A stretch of 64,000 nt of DNA from the human T2T-CHM13v2.0 reference genome, Homo sapiens, in NCBI RefSeq assembly GCF_009914755.1, contig NC_060927.1; one strand, 5' to 3'. Positions within the stretch are counted from its first letter, which is position 1, and each line of letters begins with the position of its first letter. Under the pieces are notes generated by a model. It was not told the origin of the DNA and searched no databases. It saw only the letters and a program-made list of their open reading frames with translations. A program made the position numbers and the translations under genes. Positions 18,760 through 31,770 of this stretch are shown here, in pieces.

Positions 18760-20100
18760 GATAGATTTTAAACTGGGCATTGACCTGACAGAGAATCAAT
18801 TTGGGCAGGAGGGCGAAGTGGGCTAGAGAAGGCAGGTAGAAGAATCACTCAGTAAACTCAGTTTGAGATGGTGGCATTCTGGACTAGCATAGTAGCAATG
18901 GGGATAGAAGTGGGGCTTTGAAGAGAAATGTTTAGAGTTGTCTGATTAGTGGAAACACTGAATGGGGGTTTTCAGAGCTGTAGAGGGACAATTATAAGAG
19001 AAGAATGTCATAAAAACCAAGGAGGAAATAGTTTCAGAAGAGAGTCATTAACTACATCAAATGCTGCAAGGAAGTAAGTTCCTATGACAATTGGTAAATT
19101 TCCATTGCATGTGTCAGTTCAAGGGTGATTTGAGACCTCTAGTGGTACAGGGGTAGGAAATGGGATCCAGAATCCAGGTGAAAGATAGGTAGGAGAAGGG
19201 ACAAATTTTCCTTGAAATGGATGAGAAAAAGAGGTAAGAAAAAGGAGGCAAGAAAGGCTGTTCTGTTTCTTTTTTTTTTTTAATTTTCATTTTTTTCTAG
19301 GCAGGGGAAAAGCATAGGAAAATGAATTTAAAAGAGTTCCCACTGGCCTGTGAGGGGGGGCGTTCCTTGGCTGGAAAATGAGAAGCAGAGGACCATCACA
19401 AGTAGAAGAGTTTCTGATCAATGGTAAGAATCAACTGTGGTTGCAGAACATGGTATTTTCCATAACGTCTCATCCATTGTTGGCTGAGGGCTGCTTCCAG
19501 GGGCGTTAACTCCTTAATACTTCTGACTTGTCCTGCATGATCTGGCTAAGCCTGCACCCATGGCCAGCTAAAAGATATCAGCAAGAGAGTTACAGGTATT
19601 TAGCGGTCTTTGGGGGATTGAGGCAAATGCTGAATAATATAAGTGGGGCACTCATAGGTGTGCTCCAGCTATATTGATGGGAAAATATCCAAGTCTGGGG
19701 ACACAATGGAAGGGTAAGTGAGAGTATTGGCAGAAAGGCGGTTAATGTGATGAACTATGGGATCTGGCTTGAGTAAAGAAAGAAACAAGATCAGGAAGGG
19801 GTTAGTAGATTGGGGTAAAAAAAGGCTTTTTAGGCTTGAGTCTCTTAAGGACATTAGAGTAGGGAAATAACCAAGTGGGAAAACTAGTCACTGTGGTAAA
19901 AAAGTAATATATTTGAGTTGAAAATTTTATAGATGGCCCAGTTATGAGTCATGACAAGACCATAGCATGATCACAGGAATGAGCTGCTAAAACAGAAAAG
20001 ACCCATATCATAGGAATTGAGGAGGTCAAGGAGCTGTGAGGCTGAAGTATTGAATAATCCCTCCCCATTGATTTTTTTTGGGCAATTTTTTGATGAGAAG
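18760..20100 (-). mobile_element. Decayed L2 fragments with an LTR33-like piece (~19460-19670)
   Basis: Purine-rich antisense L2 (CATCAAATGCTGCAAG, GAGGAGGTCAAGGAGCTG); TTGGCTGAGGGCTGCTTCCAGGGGCGTTAACTCC is LTR33-like. Confidence 0.55.
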
Positions 20101-20194
20101 TGGTAGACTGTGATAAGGTGAATGAGGGAATGACTAGAGCATAGGTTATCTATAAGCCTCATGAGGGCAGGGATATTACATCTCATCTTCACCA

Positions 20195-20792
<598 letters not shown>

Positions 20793-21251
20793 TGTATCGA
20801 AATAAAGAACATAAGAAGAAAAATAAGTTTACAACGATACTAATGGAGGTTTTGGTTTGGAAATTCATTTCAAGGTGCCTATGGGACAACCTCAGGGATT
20901 TCCAAAGACAGCTAGGAATACAACAAGTCTGGGGACTAGAAGAAAAGATAGGATGGAAATAAAGATGGAGTAGATATCAATATATAGATAGTAATGTAAA
21001 CCATGGAATAAATGGCTGAATGGGAAAGCCTCAGAGGAGGAAGATAATCTACACATCAATTAGGGAAGGTTGTCAAGGAGATACTGCTCCTGGAGGAGGG
21101 TTACATTTCAGTTATGGCAAGGAGTTCCAGAGAACATAGAGCTATTGGTTACCAAGTCTACCGTTTATGAGAGTGATGGAGATGAAGGTCATGGATGGAA
21201 ATATCCAAAGGGTTTAGAACTTGGGTTAACAGAAATTTCTGCATTGCCCCT

Positions 21252-21605
21252 TGCTATGGTTTTTGGCTGTGACCCCACCCAAATCTCACCTTGAATTGTA
21301 GTAACCACCACGTCAAGGGCAAGTCCAGGTGGAGATAATTGAATCATAGGGGCGGTTTCCCCTATACTGTTCTCATGGTAGTGAATGAGTCTCACGAGAC
21401 CTGATGGTTTTATAAATAGAAGTTCCCCTGTCCAAGCTCTGTTGCCTGCTGCCATGTAAGATGTCCTTTTATTCTTCCTTTGTCTTTCACCATGATTGTG
21501 AGGCCTCCCCAGCCATGTGGAACTGTGTCAATTAAACCTCTTTCTTTTATAAATTACCCAGTCTTGGGTATGTCTTTATTAGCAGGATGAAAACGGACTA
21601 ATCCA
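21252..21605 (+). mobile_element. THE1C-like solo LTR
   Basis: TGCTATGGTTTTTGGCTGTG...CCAGGTGGAGATAATTGAATCA...GACTAATCCA; 5-bp TSD CCCCT. Confidence 0.93.
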
Positions 21606-22194
21606 CCCCTTATTAGGATGTCAACATTGGCCTACTGCAAGAGTTGGTCCTATGATCTGGTGTTTAAAATACGAAAGTGTGGATGTCCTAGATTCTTGGG
21701 ATACAGGGCCTAGCAAGCTGAAAACAAGAAACTGAAGTCAGATATGGATTTTCAGTATGGTTGAGTGGCAGGTGATGACAATATCTGGCATTGTGAGCAT
21801 CTAAACTGACAGGAGTGGAGTCTATCCTCCTATCAGACTCTTTACCTGATCCAAGATGACCACACCTGAAGCCATGGATGCTGAATGAGAAGCCACAATA
21901 ACACCTGAGCCTAGGCTCGGGGAACTCTTCCAATGCCCCTTTCCTCTATCATCTTTGTACTTCATCATGAGCTAACTCATGCCAGCTTGCCAAGCTCCAC
22001 CTTTTGGTTCCCAGGCCTTGGAAATCATGACCAGAAGGTGGGGGCTAGGACACTCCCTTAAAGAGTCTCAGCCGCAGATAGAATTAGCAACCATGGTGGT
22101 TTGGTGTCCTGAATTAACTCCTGGTGAAACTATCAGCTAGATCCCTTGGAGCATGTACTGGGATAAAGAGTTATACATGAGATAACACAGCCTG

Positions 22195-22497
22195 AGCTGG
22201 GCACAGTGGCTCATGCCTATAATCCTAGCACTTTGGGAGGCCAAGACAGGCGGATCACTTAAAGTCAGGAGTTGGAAACCAGTGCAGCCAACATGGGGAA
22301 ACCCCATCTCTACTAAAAATACAAAAAAAAAATCAGCTAGGCATGGTGCAGGGTGCCTGTAATTACAGCTACTTGGGAGGCTGAGGCAGGATAATCGCTT
22401 GAACCTGGGAGGCAGAGGTTGTAGTGAGTCGAGGTAGCACCACTCCACTCCAGCCTGGGTGACTCCATCTCAAAAAACCAAACCAAACCAAAAAAAA
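22195..22497 (+). mobile_element. AluS (Sz/Sx-like)
   Basis: Full dimer with an A-rich tail. Confidence 0.93.
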
Positions 22498-22624
22498 GCA
22501 GCCTGGAGAGATTAAGCACAAAAGCCAAATCCAGAGAACGAGCAACAAGGTCCAGACTCACAAATTTGATTCTGCAGATATAAGATCACAGTTAGAACAC
22601 ACCAGGGACAAAAATAGCCACAAT

Positions 22625-23270
22625 CAACATTTACCAAGAGCTTACCAGGTGCCAGATGTTGTGCTAAACTGCCCTACATATCTCATTTAGTTTTCACAGG
22701 AAATTGTCTTAGTCAATTCCTGCTGCTATAACAAAATACCAGAGACTGGTTAATCTATAAACAATAGAAATTTATCTCTCCCAGTTCTGGAGGCCTAGAA
22801 GTCCAAGTTCAGGGTCAGTGTCTGGTGAAGACTGCTGTCTGCTTCCAAAATGGCACCTTGCTGCTGCATCCACTGGAGGGGATGTGAATGCTGTGTCCTC
22901 ACAGAGTGGAAGAGATGGAAGGGAAAAAATGGCAGAAGTGGCAAACGGCTCCTTTGCACTTCTTTTGTAAGAACACTAATATCATTCATAAGCTCTGCCC
23001 CTCCACTGTACACTTCCTAATGGCCCCACCTCTTAATGCTATCACATTGGTGATTTAAGTTTCACCATATGAGTTTTGGAGGGGACACAAACATTCAAAC
23101 CACAGCAGATGTTACAAGGTAGATCGTATCATCATCCCTACCTTATAGATGAGGAAAATAAAGCTTGGAGAGTTTAAGTAATTGGCTCACAATTACACAG
23201 CTAGCAAGAAGTACAGCCAGGTTCAAACCAGTACATTCTCACCCAGAGCCGAACTCCCCATTCATTATGC
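22625..23270 (-). mobile_element. MIR split by an MST LTR
   Basis: ACATTTACCAAGAGCTTACC...ATCTCATTTAG then ATAGATGAGGAAA...AAGTAATTGGCTCAC. Confidence 0.75.
22705..23107 (-). mobile_element. MSTD/MSTC-like MaLR LTR
   Basis: TGTCTTAGTC...GCTGCTATAACAAAATACC...CAAACATTCAAACCACAGCA. Confidence 0.87.
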
Positions 23271-23784
23271 TCTCCTCTGAGTTGTGGCTGGGAATACTGT
23301 TGGTATTTGCAGGATATCTTCACAAACTAGCCACTTTGATGCAGCTTTTGTCTAAGGCTCCAGGTGTCTGAGAGGCTTCGTGAGGCCTCCCCATCCATTC
23401 AATTTCCATTGCCTTGACTTATGGCTCCAAATAGAAATTCAAAGAAAAGCCATTTATTTGGGGCTTATTCTGTGAAAGTGTATCTGTTAAAAAGATTCTG
23501 GGTTAAATGGGGCAGAAAGTCACTTTTAACTCAAATTTTATTATAAAGATCCAGAGGATTTCATTTACTCCAAGGACGGGCATGGGGCTGGGATTCAGAA
23601 ACCACTGGATGCAGCCCTTGAAAACTTCCAGGATAGTCTTTGTGAATCTCATCTTCGCATATAGGGCTCATTCTCCTCTCCCTCTCTTTGTAGCTATCTA
23701 TCTCCATCTCTGTATCTCTCCAGACAGATTTGTGTGATGTGAATCATGACCTTGAGCCCTGACAGTTCTGGAACTGTCAAATCT

Positions 23785-24282
<498 letters not shown>

Positions 24283-25079
24283 TTTCTAGCTTATATCTTC
24301 AGCCGCCTGGACGGAGACTGACCGGTTTGCAATCCCAAGCGTTTGGACACAGTTTGATCCTGGGGAACCACCTCTGCACTGATTAGCTACAGCTGAGTGC
24401 TGGCTCATGCTGTAACCCTACTCATCCCACTGAAAAACACCTGGACAGAGGTGGCGATGTGAGCACTTCCAGAAAATAGAGCAGTTTGGAAAATAAGTGG
24501 GGTAAGGGGAATGCTATGTGGACAAAACAATAAGAAAAATGAGGGCCAGGTTTCCATACTATAAACTCAAGAACTGTTCCTGACTCGATAATGCCTTGAC
24601 ACAAGTAGTCAGGGAGTTTAATGAGGCCCAGGTGCTAGCCTGCTCAGGGGCAGCCAGTGGAGCAAGTTTTCTGCCGTCCTAGTGTGTCCGGAATTGGTGG
24701 GTTCTTGGTCTCACTGACTTCAAGAATGAAGCTGCGGACCCTCGTGGTGAGTGTTACAGTTCTTAAAGGCGGCGTGTCCGGAGTTTGTTCAGATGTGTTC
24801 GGAGTTTCTTCCTTCTGGTGGGTTCATGGTCTCGCTGGCTCAAGAGTGAAGCTGCAGACCTTCTCGGTGAGTGTTACATCTCTTAAGGTGGCGCGTCTGG
24901 AGTTGTTTGTTCCTCCCAGTGGGTTCATGATCTCGCTGGCTTCAGGAGTGAAGCTGCAGACCTTCGTGGTGAATGTTACAGCTCATAAAGGCTGTGTGGA
25001 ACCAGAGTGAGCAAGAGCAAGATTTATTGCAAAGAGTGAAAGAACAAACCTTCCACAGCGTGGAAGGGGACCCAAACAG

Positions 25080-25680
25080 GCTGCTACTGCTGGCTTGGGC
25101 AGCCTGTTTTTATTCTCTTATCTGGCCCCACCCACTTCCTGCTGATTGGTCCATTTTACAGAGAGCCAATTGGTCTGTTTTACAGAGAGCTGGTTGGTCC
25201 GTTTTGACAGGGTGATGATTGGTACGTTTACAATCCCTGAGCTAGACACAAAAGTTCTCCACATCCCCTCTAGATTAGCTAGATACAGAGTGCTGATTGG
25301 TGTATTTACAAACCCTGAGCTAGACACAGAGTGCTGATTGGTGCATTTACAAACCTTGAGCTAGACACAGAGTGCCAACTGGTATATTCACAATCCCTTA
25401 GCTAGACATAAAGATTCTCCAAGTCTCCACCAAATCAACTAAACACAGAGTGCTGATTGGTGCATTTATAAACCTTGAGCTAGATACAGAGTGCTGATTG
25501 GTGGTGCATTCACAATCCCTTAGCTAGAGGTAAACATTCTCCAAGTCCCCACCAGATTAGCTAGATACAGAGTGCGGATTGGTGCATCCACAAACCCTGA
25601 GCTAGACACAGGGTGCGGATTGGTGTGTTTACAAACCTTGAGCTAGATACAGAGTGCTGATTGGTGTATTTACAATCCCC
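25080..25680 (-). promoter_or_regulatory. LTR12 U3 enhancer/promoter: NF-Y (CCAAT) repeat array, GATA and AATAAA TATA-like box; leftward TSS predicted near 25085
   Basis: About ten ATTGG boxes in ~40-bp GAGCTAGAYACAGAGTGCTGATTGG units; minus strand GGGGCCAGATAAGAGAATAAAA at ~25108-25129. Confidence 0.7.
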
Positions 25681-26068
25681 TTGCTAGACATAAAGGTTCT
25701 CCAAGTCCCCACCAGACTCAGGAGCCCAGCTGGCTTCACCCAGTGGATCCTGCACAGGGGCCGCAGGTGGAGCTGCCTGCCAGTCCCACACCATTCCTGG
25801 GCACTCCTCAGCCCTTGGACGGTCAATGGGGCCTGGTGCTGTGGAGCAGGGGGCGGCGCTCTTAGGGGAGGCTCAGGCTGCGCAGGAGCCCACTGCAGGG
25901 CGGGGGGCATCTGGGAGACTCAGGCATGGCAGGCTGTAGGTCCCGAGCCCTGCCCGGCGGGGAGGCAGCTAAGGCCTGGTGAGAAATCGAGTGCTGGCCC
26001 ACCGGTGGGCCAGCACTGCTGGGGGACCTGGCACACCCTCCACAGCTGCTGGCCCAGGTGCTAAGTCC

Positions 26069-26685
26069 CTCACTGCCCAGGGCTGGTGGGCTGGCGGGCC
26101 GCTCCGAGTGCAGGGCCCGCCAAGCCCATGTCCACCCGGAACTCTAGCTGGCCCGCAAGCACTGCACGCAGCCCCGGTTCCCACCCATGCCTCTCCCTCC
26201 ACACCTCCCAGCAGGCTGAGGGAGCCAGCTCCGGCCTTGGCCATCCCAGGAAGGGGCTCCCACAGTGCAGTGGCAGGCTGAAGGGGTCCTCAAGCGTGGC
26301 CAGAGTGGGCGCCAAGGCCGAGGAGGCGCCAAGAGCGAGCGAGGGCTGCCAGGGCTGCCAGCATGCTGTCACCTCTCACTCACTGCCCGGGGCTGGCAGA
26401 GCCGGCCGGCCGCTCCGAGTGCGGGGCCGCCAAGCCCATGCCCACCCAGAACTCTAGCTGGCCCGCAAGCACTGCACGCAGCCCCGGTTCCCGCCCATGC
26501 CTCTCCCTCCACACCTCCCCGCAAGAGGAAGCCGGCTCCAGCCTCGGCCAGCCCAGAGAAGGGCTCCCACAGTGCAGCGGCCGGCTGAAGGGCTCCTCAA
26601 GCGAGGCCAGAGTGGGTGCCGAGGCCGAGGAGGCACCGGGAGCGAGCGAGGACTGCGAGGGCTGCCAGCACGCTGTCACCTGTCA
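26069..26685 (-). repeat. Tandem duplication of the LTR12 5' ~310 bp (26069-26378 and 26379-26685)
   Basis: Two colinear units, each CTCACTGCCC...GCTGTCACCT(C/G)TCA; also visible as near-duplicate ORFs 26070-26372 and 26380-26679. Confidence 0.95.
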
Positions 26686-26834
26686 CTAGGGATTGGCCTG
26701 GTCTGGCCCTGAGGTCATGGTTTAGGGCATTAACAGTCACACTGACTCACTTGTCACTTTGTGGTCCTTTTCCTGAAGCAGTCCACATCCAGTTTCTCAC
26801 CTGCTTTAGGCCCTGGGGGTTACATTAGTTAGAG

Positions 26835-28239
26835 CAGCAATTCTCAACGTGAGATCCCTGGGCCCTTATGAGTCTCTGAGACTCTTTCAGATGTTCCTCA
26901 GATCAAACTATCTTCACAATATCTAGATTTTATTTGTGTTTTTCAGTGTATTGACATTTGCAACAATGGTACAAGAACAATGACAGGTGAAATTGCTGGT
27001 TCCTCAGCACAAATCAAGGCAGTGGCACCAAAAGTACTAGTAGTGATTATATTCTTCACTGCCATGCACTTACAGACAATAATCATTTTATTTACAAATG
27101 TCTTTGATAAAGCAGTAGAAATTAATAATTGAATTGCATACTTCTGGGCATACTTCTGCTGCATATCAAAGTATGATGGTTGTCTCAATATAAAGTAATT
27201 GGGCATTGTTTGACTTGTGAGTTGAATTAGTTGCTTTTTCATGGAAAACCATTTTTACTTGAAAGAACTACTGATAGACAACCTATGGTATTTGAGAGAC
27301 ATTTCTACAAAAATCAAGTAAGCTTGTCACTTCCAGGAAAACAACTGACAGTGTTTGTTGCTAATGATAACATTTGAGCTTCCAAGTGAAAATTATAATT
27401 TTGAAAGACTTGTATCTACCATCCTGAGCTTGACAGTTGCCCAAATACTAAGAACTTTTTTGATGAGATCCATGGTGATATTAACCAATGTGAATTTTAA
27501 ATATTATATAATGAAATGTGTTAATATCTGGAATATCTACATAACTCAGTGAACTAATATTTTTCAAATGACCAATTCATGATGTCACAAAATTGTGCAT
27601 GGGTAAAAGATCCATTCAAAGTGCAAGATAAAATAATAGATTTTAATGTTAACAGAGTTTAAAAATTTCATTGGTATAGTTTTAGATTCCATATTACACT
27701 AACTTTTAAAAAACAACTACTTGTTGAGTTTTAGTATAATATAAAAAAGAAGATCCATAATGATCTGAAATGGCTGTTAAAATACTCCACCTTTTATCCT
27801 CTATCTATCTATCTATCTATCTATCCATCTATCTATCTATCTATATATATGTGAGGCTGGATTTTCTTCATATACTTCATATACTTCATCAAAACAACAT
27901 AGTAAAACATATTGAATGCAGAAGCAGATATGAGAATCCAGCTGTCGCCTATTAAACCAAACACTAAAGAGATTTTAACAAATGTAAAACAATGCCTATT
28001 CTTCTAATTTTTTTTTGTTTTGGGAAGTATAGCTATTTTTCATAAAAATGTTATTTGGGTTAACATGTAATAGTTTTATTATTGTCATTTTTAATGAATT
28101 AAAAAATAAAAAGTCAGATTTAACTTCTAATGTGGTAGATATTGATACATATAACCCATATACAAAGTTTTTTTGGGATCCTTAATTATTTTCAAGACTG
28201 TAAAAAGGGTCCTGAGACCAAAAAGTTTCAGAACCCTTG
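26835..28239 (+). mobile_element. Charlie1a-like hAT deletion derivative
   Basis: TIR-like CAGCAATTCTCAA / TTCAGAACCCTTG; perfect 8-bp TSD AGTTAGAG; transposase remnant CIDICNNGTRTMTGEIAG near 26947. Confidence 0.92.
27800..27843. repeat. (TCTA)6 TCCA (TCTA)4 microsatellite
   Basis: Read directly from the sequence. Confidence 0.97.
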
Positions 28240-28249
28240 AGTTAGAGTA

Positions 28250-29150
28250 CTACTCAGCTATTGTAACTAAGAGATATGCATAGAAAAAGAGATGTATGAA
28301 GTGGTTCAAACAATATAGAAATTCCCTCGTTTTAAGTAACAGTCCAGAGATCACTGGGGTGGGAGGTCAGGGCAGGCAGATAGTTCTGTTCCATGGGTCC
28401 TCCAGGGTCTCAGATTCCTTCTGTCATGCCCAGACATCCTCTAGGGCATGGATTCTTAATGTGGGTTTCTGTATTTGGAATGTCTATGAATTTAGGTAGG
28501 AAAACCTCTAATAGAAATGTAGCATTTCCTTCAATTATAGGCAACAAACCATAGTAGCATTAGCAGGACTAATGACTTTGTCAACAATAGACACCACAGG
28601 CATTTTTACAGCACATTACACTTATTGCAGAGATCTTAAGATACCATTTATACTCAGCACTCCTTTAAAACCATGTTAGTTGTTAGAACCCCTTACTAGA
28701 TTTTGTTATGTAATTAATATATCAATGAAGAAATACATATAGTAGTATGTGGTACATTTATTTTAAACATATTTATATAATGGTATTCCATTATGTTTGG
28801 TTTCCTTTATAATCTGTTTTATCTTTAAGTGTATTTTAAACATCATTCTGTTAATGTCTCAGGGGACCATTCACTTGAATGCCAAATAGGTACAAAACTG
28901 ATTTAAGAAGCACTGTTTTAGGGTCACGGTTGGAGAAGGGAATGTAGAGTAAGAAACTTCCTTTTAATGAAGTGCACCCAGTACTTCCTGCCTACATTCC
29001 ATTGTTGAGAACTTAGTTACAAGGTTACATTGAGCTGGGAAATGTGGTTTCTAGCTGGAAGGCCACGTGCCTTGCTAAAACTTGAGGGTGAGTGGGGGTT
29101 AAATTACTAAAAAGAATAAGGGGGATATTGAACAATGCATGGGAGACAGC
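28250..29150 (-). mobile_element. Old MLT1 (L/O-like) LTR split by a Charlie element
   Basis: CAGCTATTGTAAC start; CCATTGTTGAGAACTTAGTTACAAGG...GCTGGGAAATGTGGTTTCTAGCTGG. Confidence 0.55.
28447..28915. mobile_element. Charlie4a-like hAT element
   Basis: CATGGATTCTTAA...TTAAGAAGCACTG termini; GGCAACAAACCATAGTAG, GACTTTGTCA; flanks CTCTAGGG/TTTTAGGG. Confidence 0.7.
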
Positions 29151-29344
29151 TCATAGTCTCTTTACTGGGTTCTGAAGGGCTTCATTTCTTCTCTGTTGAG
29201 CCTTTCTCACTTTGCTTCTCTGCTCCTCAGTCCTCTAGTGGCTGTTCTTTCTTCTCAACAATGAGTAGGTGCACTCTCTGATAGTCTATTCCAACCACCT
29301 CTTCTGAAAAGTTACATAAACAGTGACTCCGATGTCAGTGTCAT

Positions 29345-30545
29345 AAATCATGAAATTAATAAGATGACATGTCAAAGTTAAAAGGCTGGCAGGATAATTG
29401 CCAAGCATCTCCCCTCAAATAAATATTTATTAAAATAAATATTATTATAAAGGAAACAGTAGTAACTTTACAGTGGAGAAAGCTGTCAGACAGTACCTTA
29501 ATCAAACCATCAAGGTTAATATCACCAATAAGAAGACATATTATCAACCTATATTCCCTGACATGATGCACTGAGAAGGGCACATCACCTCTGTGGTATT
29601 CTTCCTTCAAATCGAAACAGGAGAAAACGTCCAGCAAACTGAAATTGAGAGACGTTTTATAATATAACTGACCAGTACCATTCAAACATGTCAAGATTAT
29701 GAATGACAAAGACAGATTTAAAAACTACCACAGATTAGAGGAGCCTGAGGAGACATAAAAACTAAATGCAAATGTGGGCTCATGGATTGGATCCCGGAAC
29801 AAGAAGAATGACACCAATGGGAAAGCTGACAAAATTCGAATAAGGTCTGTAGCTTAATTAATAGTATTGTAGCAATGTTAATTTCCTGGTTTTGATAATG
29901 GTACTATGATTACATAAGATGTTAACACATTCACAATAGCAAAGACTTGGAACCAACCCAAATGCCCATCAGTGGTCGACTGGATAAAGAAAGTATGGCA
30001 CACATACACCATGAAATACTATGCAGCCGCAAATAAGAATGAGTTCATGTCCTTTGCAGGGACATGGACGAAGCTGGAAACCATCATTCTCAGCAAACTA
30101 ACACAGGAGCAGAAAACCAAACACTGCCTGTTCTCACTTATAAGTGGGAGTTGAACAATGAGAACACATGGACACAGGGAGGGGAACATCACACACCGGG
30201 GCCTGTCAGGGGGTAGGGGGCAAGGGGAGGGAGAGCATTAGGACAAATACCTAATGCATGTGGGGCTTAAAACCTAGATGATGGGTTCATGGGTGCAGCA
30301 AACCACCATAGCACATGTATACCTGTGTAAGAAACCTGCAGATCCTGCACACGTATCCCAGAACTTAAAGTATAATAATAATAAAAAAGATGTTAACATT
30401 AGGGGAATTAACATTTCAGATAATTATGGATCTTCTTTTTGATATTATACTAAAACTAATACCCTAAAGGGTATATGGGAACTCTGTATTATTTTTGCAA
30501 CTTTTCTATCAGTGTAAAATTATTTCAAGATAAAAAGTTTTTAAA
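29345..30545 (+). mobile_element. L1MD/ME-type 3' UTR hosting an L1PA insertion
   Basis: GTAACTTTACAGTGGAGAAA, AACTAAATGCAA, GGGTATATGGGAACTCTGTATTATTTTTGCAACTTTTCT. Confidence 0.85.
29928..30386 (+). mobile_element. L1PA7-like 5'-truncated L1
   Basis: ORF2 C-terminus (WTKLETIILSKLTQEQKTKH); GGGGCTTAAAACCTAGATGA; TSD AAGATGTTAACA (29916-27, 30387-98). Confidence 0.93.
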
Positions 30546-30744
30546 AAGGCTGATAGGTACAGAGATAGAGCTGCCCTGGATGGTGGCACCTTGCTAGGGC
30601 TTTTATTACCCAGTGAGGATCAGGGACTAGCATATCTCCCTCCCATTCAAAGTTGAAAAACCAATCCCAGCCAAATACTCTCCAGCCTTTCGACAAAAGC
30701 TTGGCTGAAGCTGGTGATCCAGAAACGATATAGTAGAGCATGTG

Positions 30745-30880
30745 TTTACCTTCTTTGAATGTTAACTTTTCTCATCTTTCAAATGGGAGAATATAATACT
30801 TATACGGTTGTTGGGGATGTATTTAAAGAGGTAATGTCTCTGAAGTGGAACAAATGCTCAATAAATATAATTATTACACT
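30745..30880 (+). mobile_element. MIR fragment
   Basis: TTTCTCATCTTTCAAATGGGAGAATA...TGCTCAATAAAT. Confidence 0.6.
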
Positions 30881-31469
30881 GTAAAGAGAAACCTGGGAAG
30901 AATCTTATTATCATTGAAGCTTAAGTAAAGCATTCACATAAGCATTTATGAAGTGCTTCAAATATACCACATATGCTCCAAGTCAGGTTACCGTTAGTGA
31001 TGATAGGGTCACTGTAGTGCTACTGGCTTTAACTAAAGTTACAACACTGTTACAGAATCTAATTTAATTGAGACACACTCTAATTTGGATGACATTTTTT
31101 CTAATTTAATTCCACATGCCTTATATTTTCACATAGTTGTTAGCCTATAAATTATTAATTTAGTCACTTTGTTTGATTATATTTTTTCTGGCATTGCTCA
31201 TCAGTGCTAACATGTTTAACTATTGGTCTCAGTGGTTGCTGAAAGCAAAGTGATGTAGGAGAGAAACGCCTCAACGACCCAAATCTAATAAAAACGTTGC
31301 TTTGTTGTAAAACTTGTTTTGTGATATAAAGCTGGACTTTGACCACTTCTGTCTAATGCTTTTAGTACTAGCGTTGTTCAGTTTCTTCTTAGATAGGGAA
31401 CTAGGGGAGTCCAGGGTGAGGTTATCAATTTTCCCAGGCTTCTATAGCTCTTGCTATGCCCATCTGGAC

Positions 31470-31770
31470 CAGGGCTACCCACAGTATGATCTGTGGATTT
31501 GTCCCAGTCTGCAAACTCTTACTGGTCTGTGAAAAAAATTGAGAGAAAGCATCCAGAAACTTTGAGAGCAATTTGAATGGCTTGTTTTATATTTGTTGAA
31601 TAAAATTAGAAAAAGGGTTTGTATTTTGTATTATTTGCTTTTCATTTTATTTTTCTAATAATTTATCATAATATTATTATTATATTTGACAAGTGTTTCA
31701 GTCTGTGACATATTGGAAAAAGAAAACATAAAACTTCATCCTTACCCATAGATAGAGAAGCGCTTATCTA
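31470..31770. mobile_element. hAT-Charlie MITE (Charlie18a-like)
   Basis: CAGGGCTACCCACAGTATGATCTGTGGA...AAATTGAGAGAAAGCATCCAGAAACTTT..AGCAATTTG. Confidence 0.55.

Larger units (their letters stand above)
24683..26685 (-). mobile_element. ERV9 solo LTR (LTR12C/D/E family), ~2.0 kb
   Basis: TGTGTCCGGAATTGGTGGGTTCTTGG (antisense 3' end) to GCTGTCACCTGTCA (antisense 5' end); 4-bp TSD CTAG on both sides; U5 and U3 subrepeats. Confidence 0.97.

Noticed and set aside
25240-25700. Repeat array superficially like CRISPR
   Set aside because: These are the known LTR12 U3 subrepeats; there are no unique spacers or cas genes, and the context is eukaryotic.
25629-26830. Dense cluster of overlapping ORFs on both strands
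   Set aside because: Explained by stop-codon scarcity in the GC-rich LTR12 U3 and its duplication.
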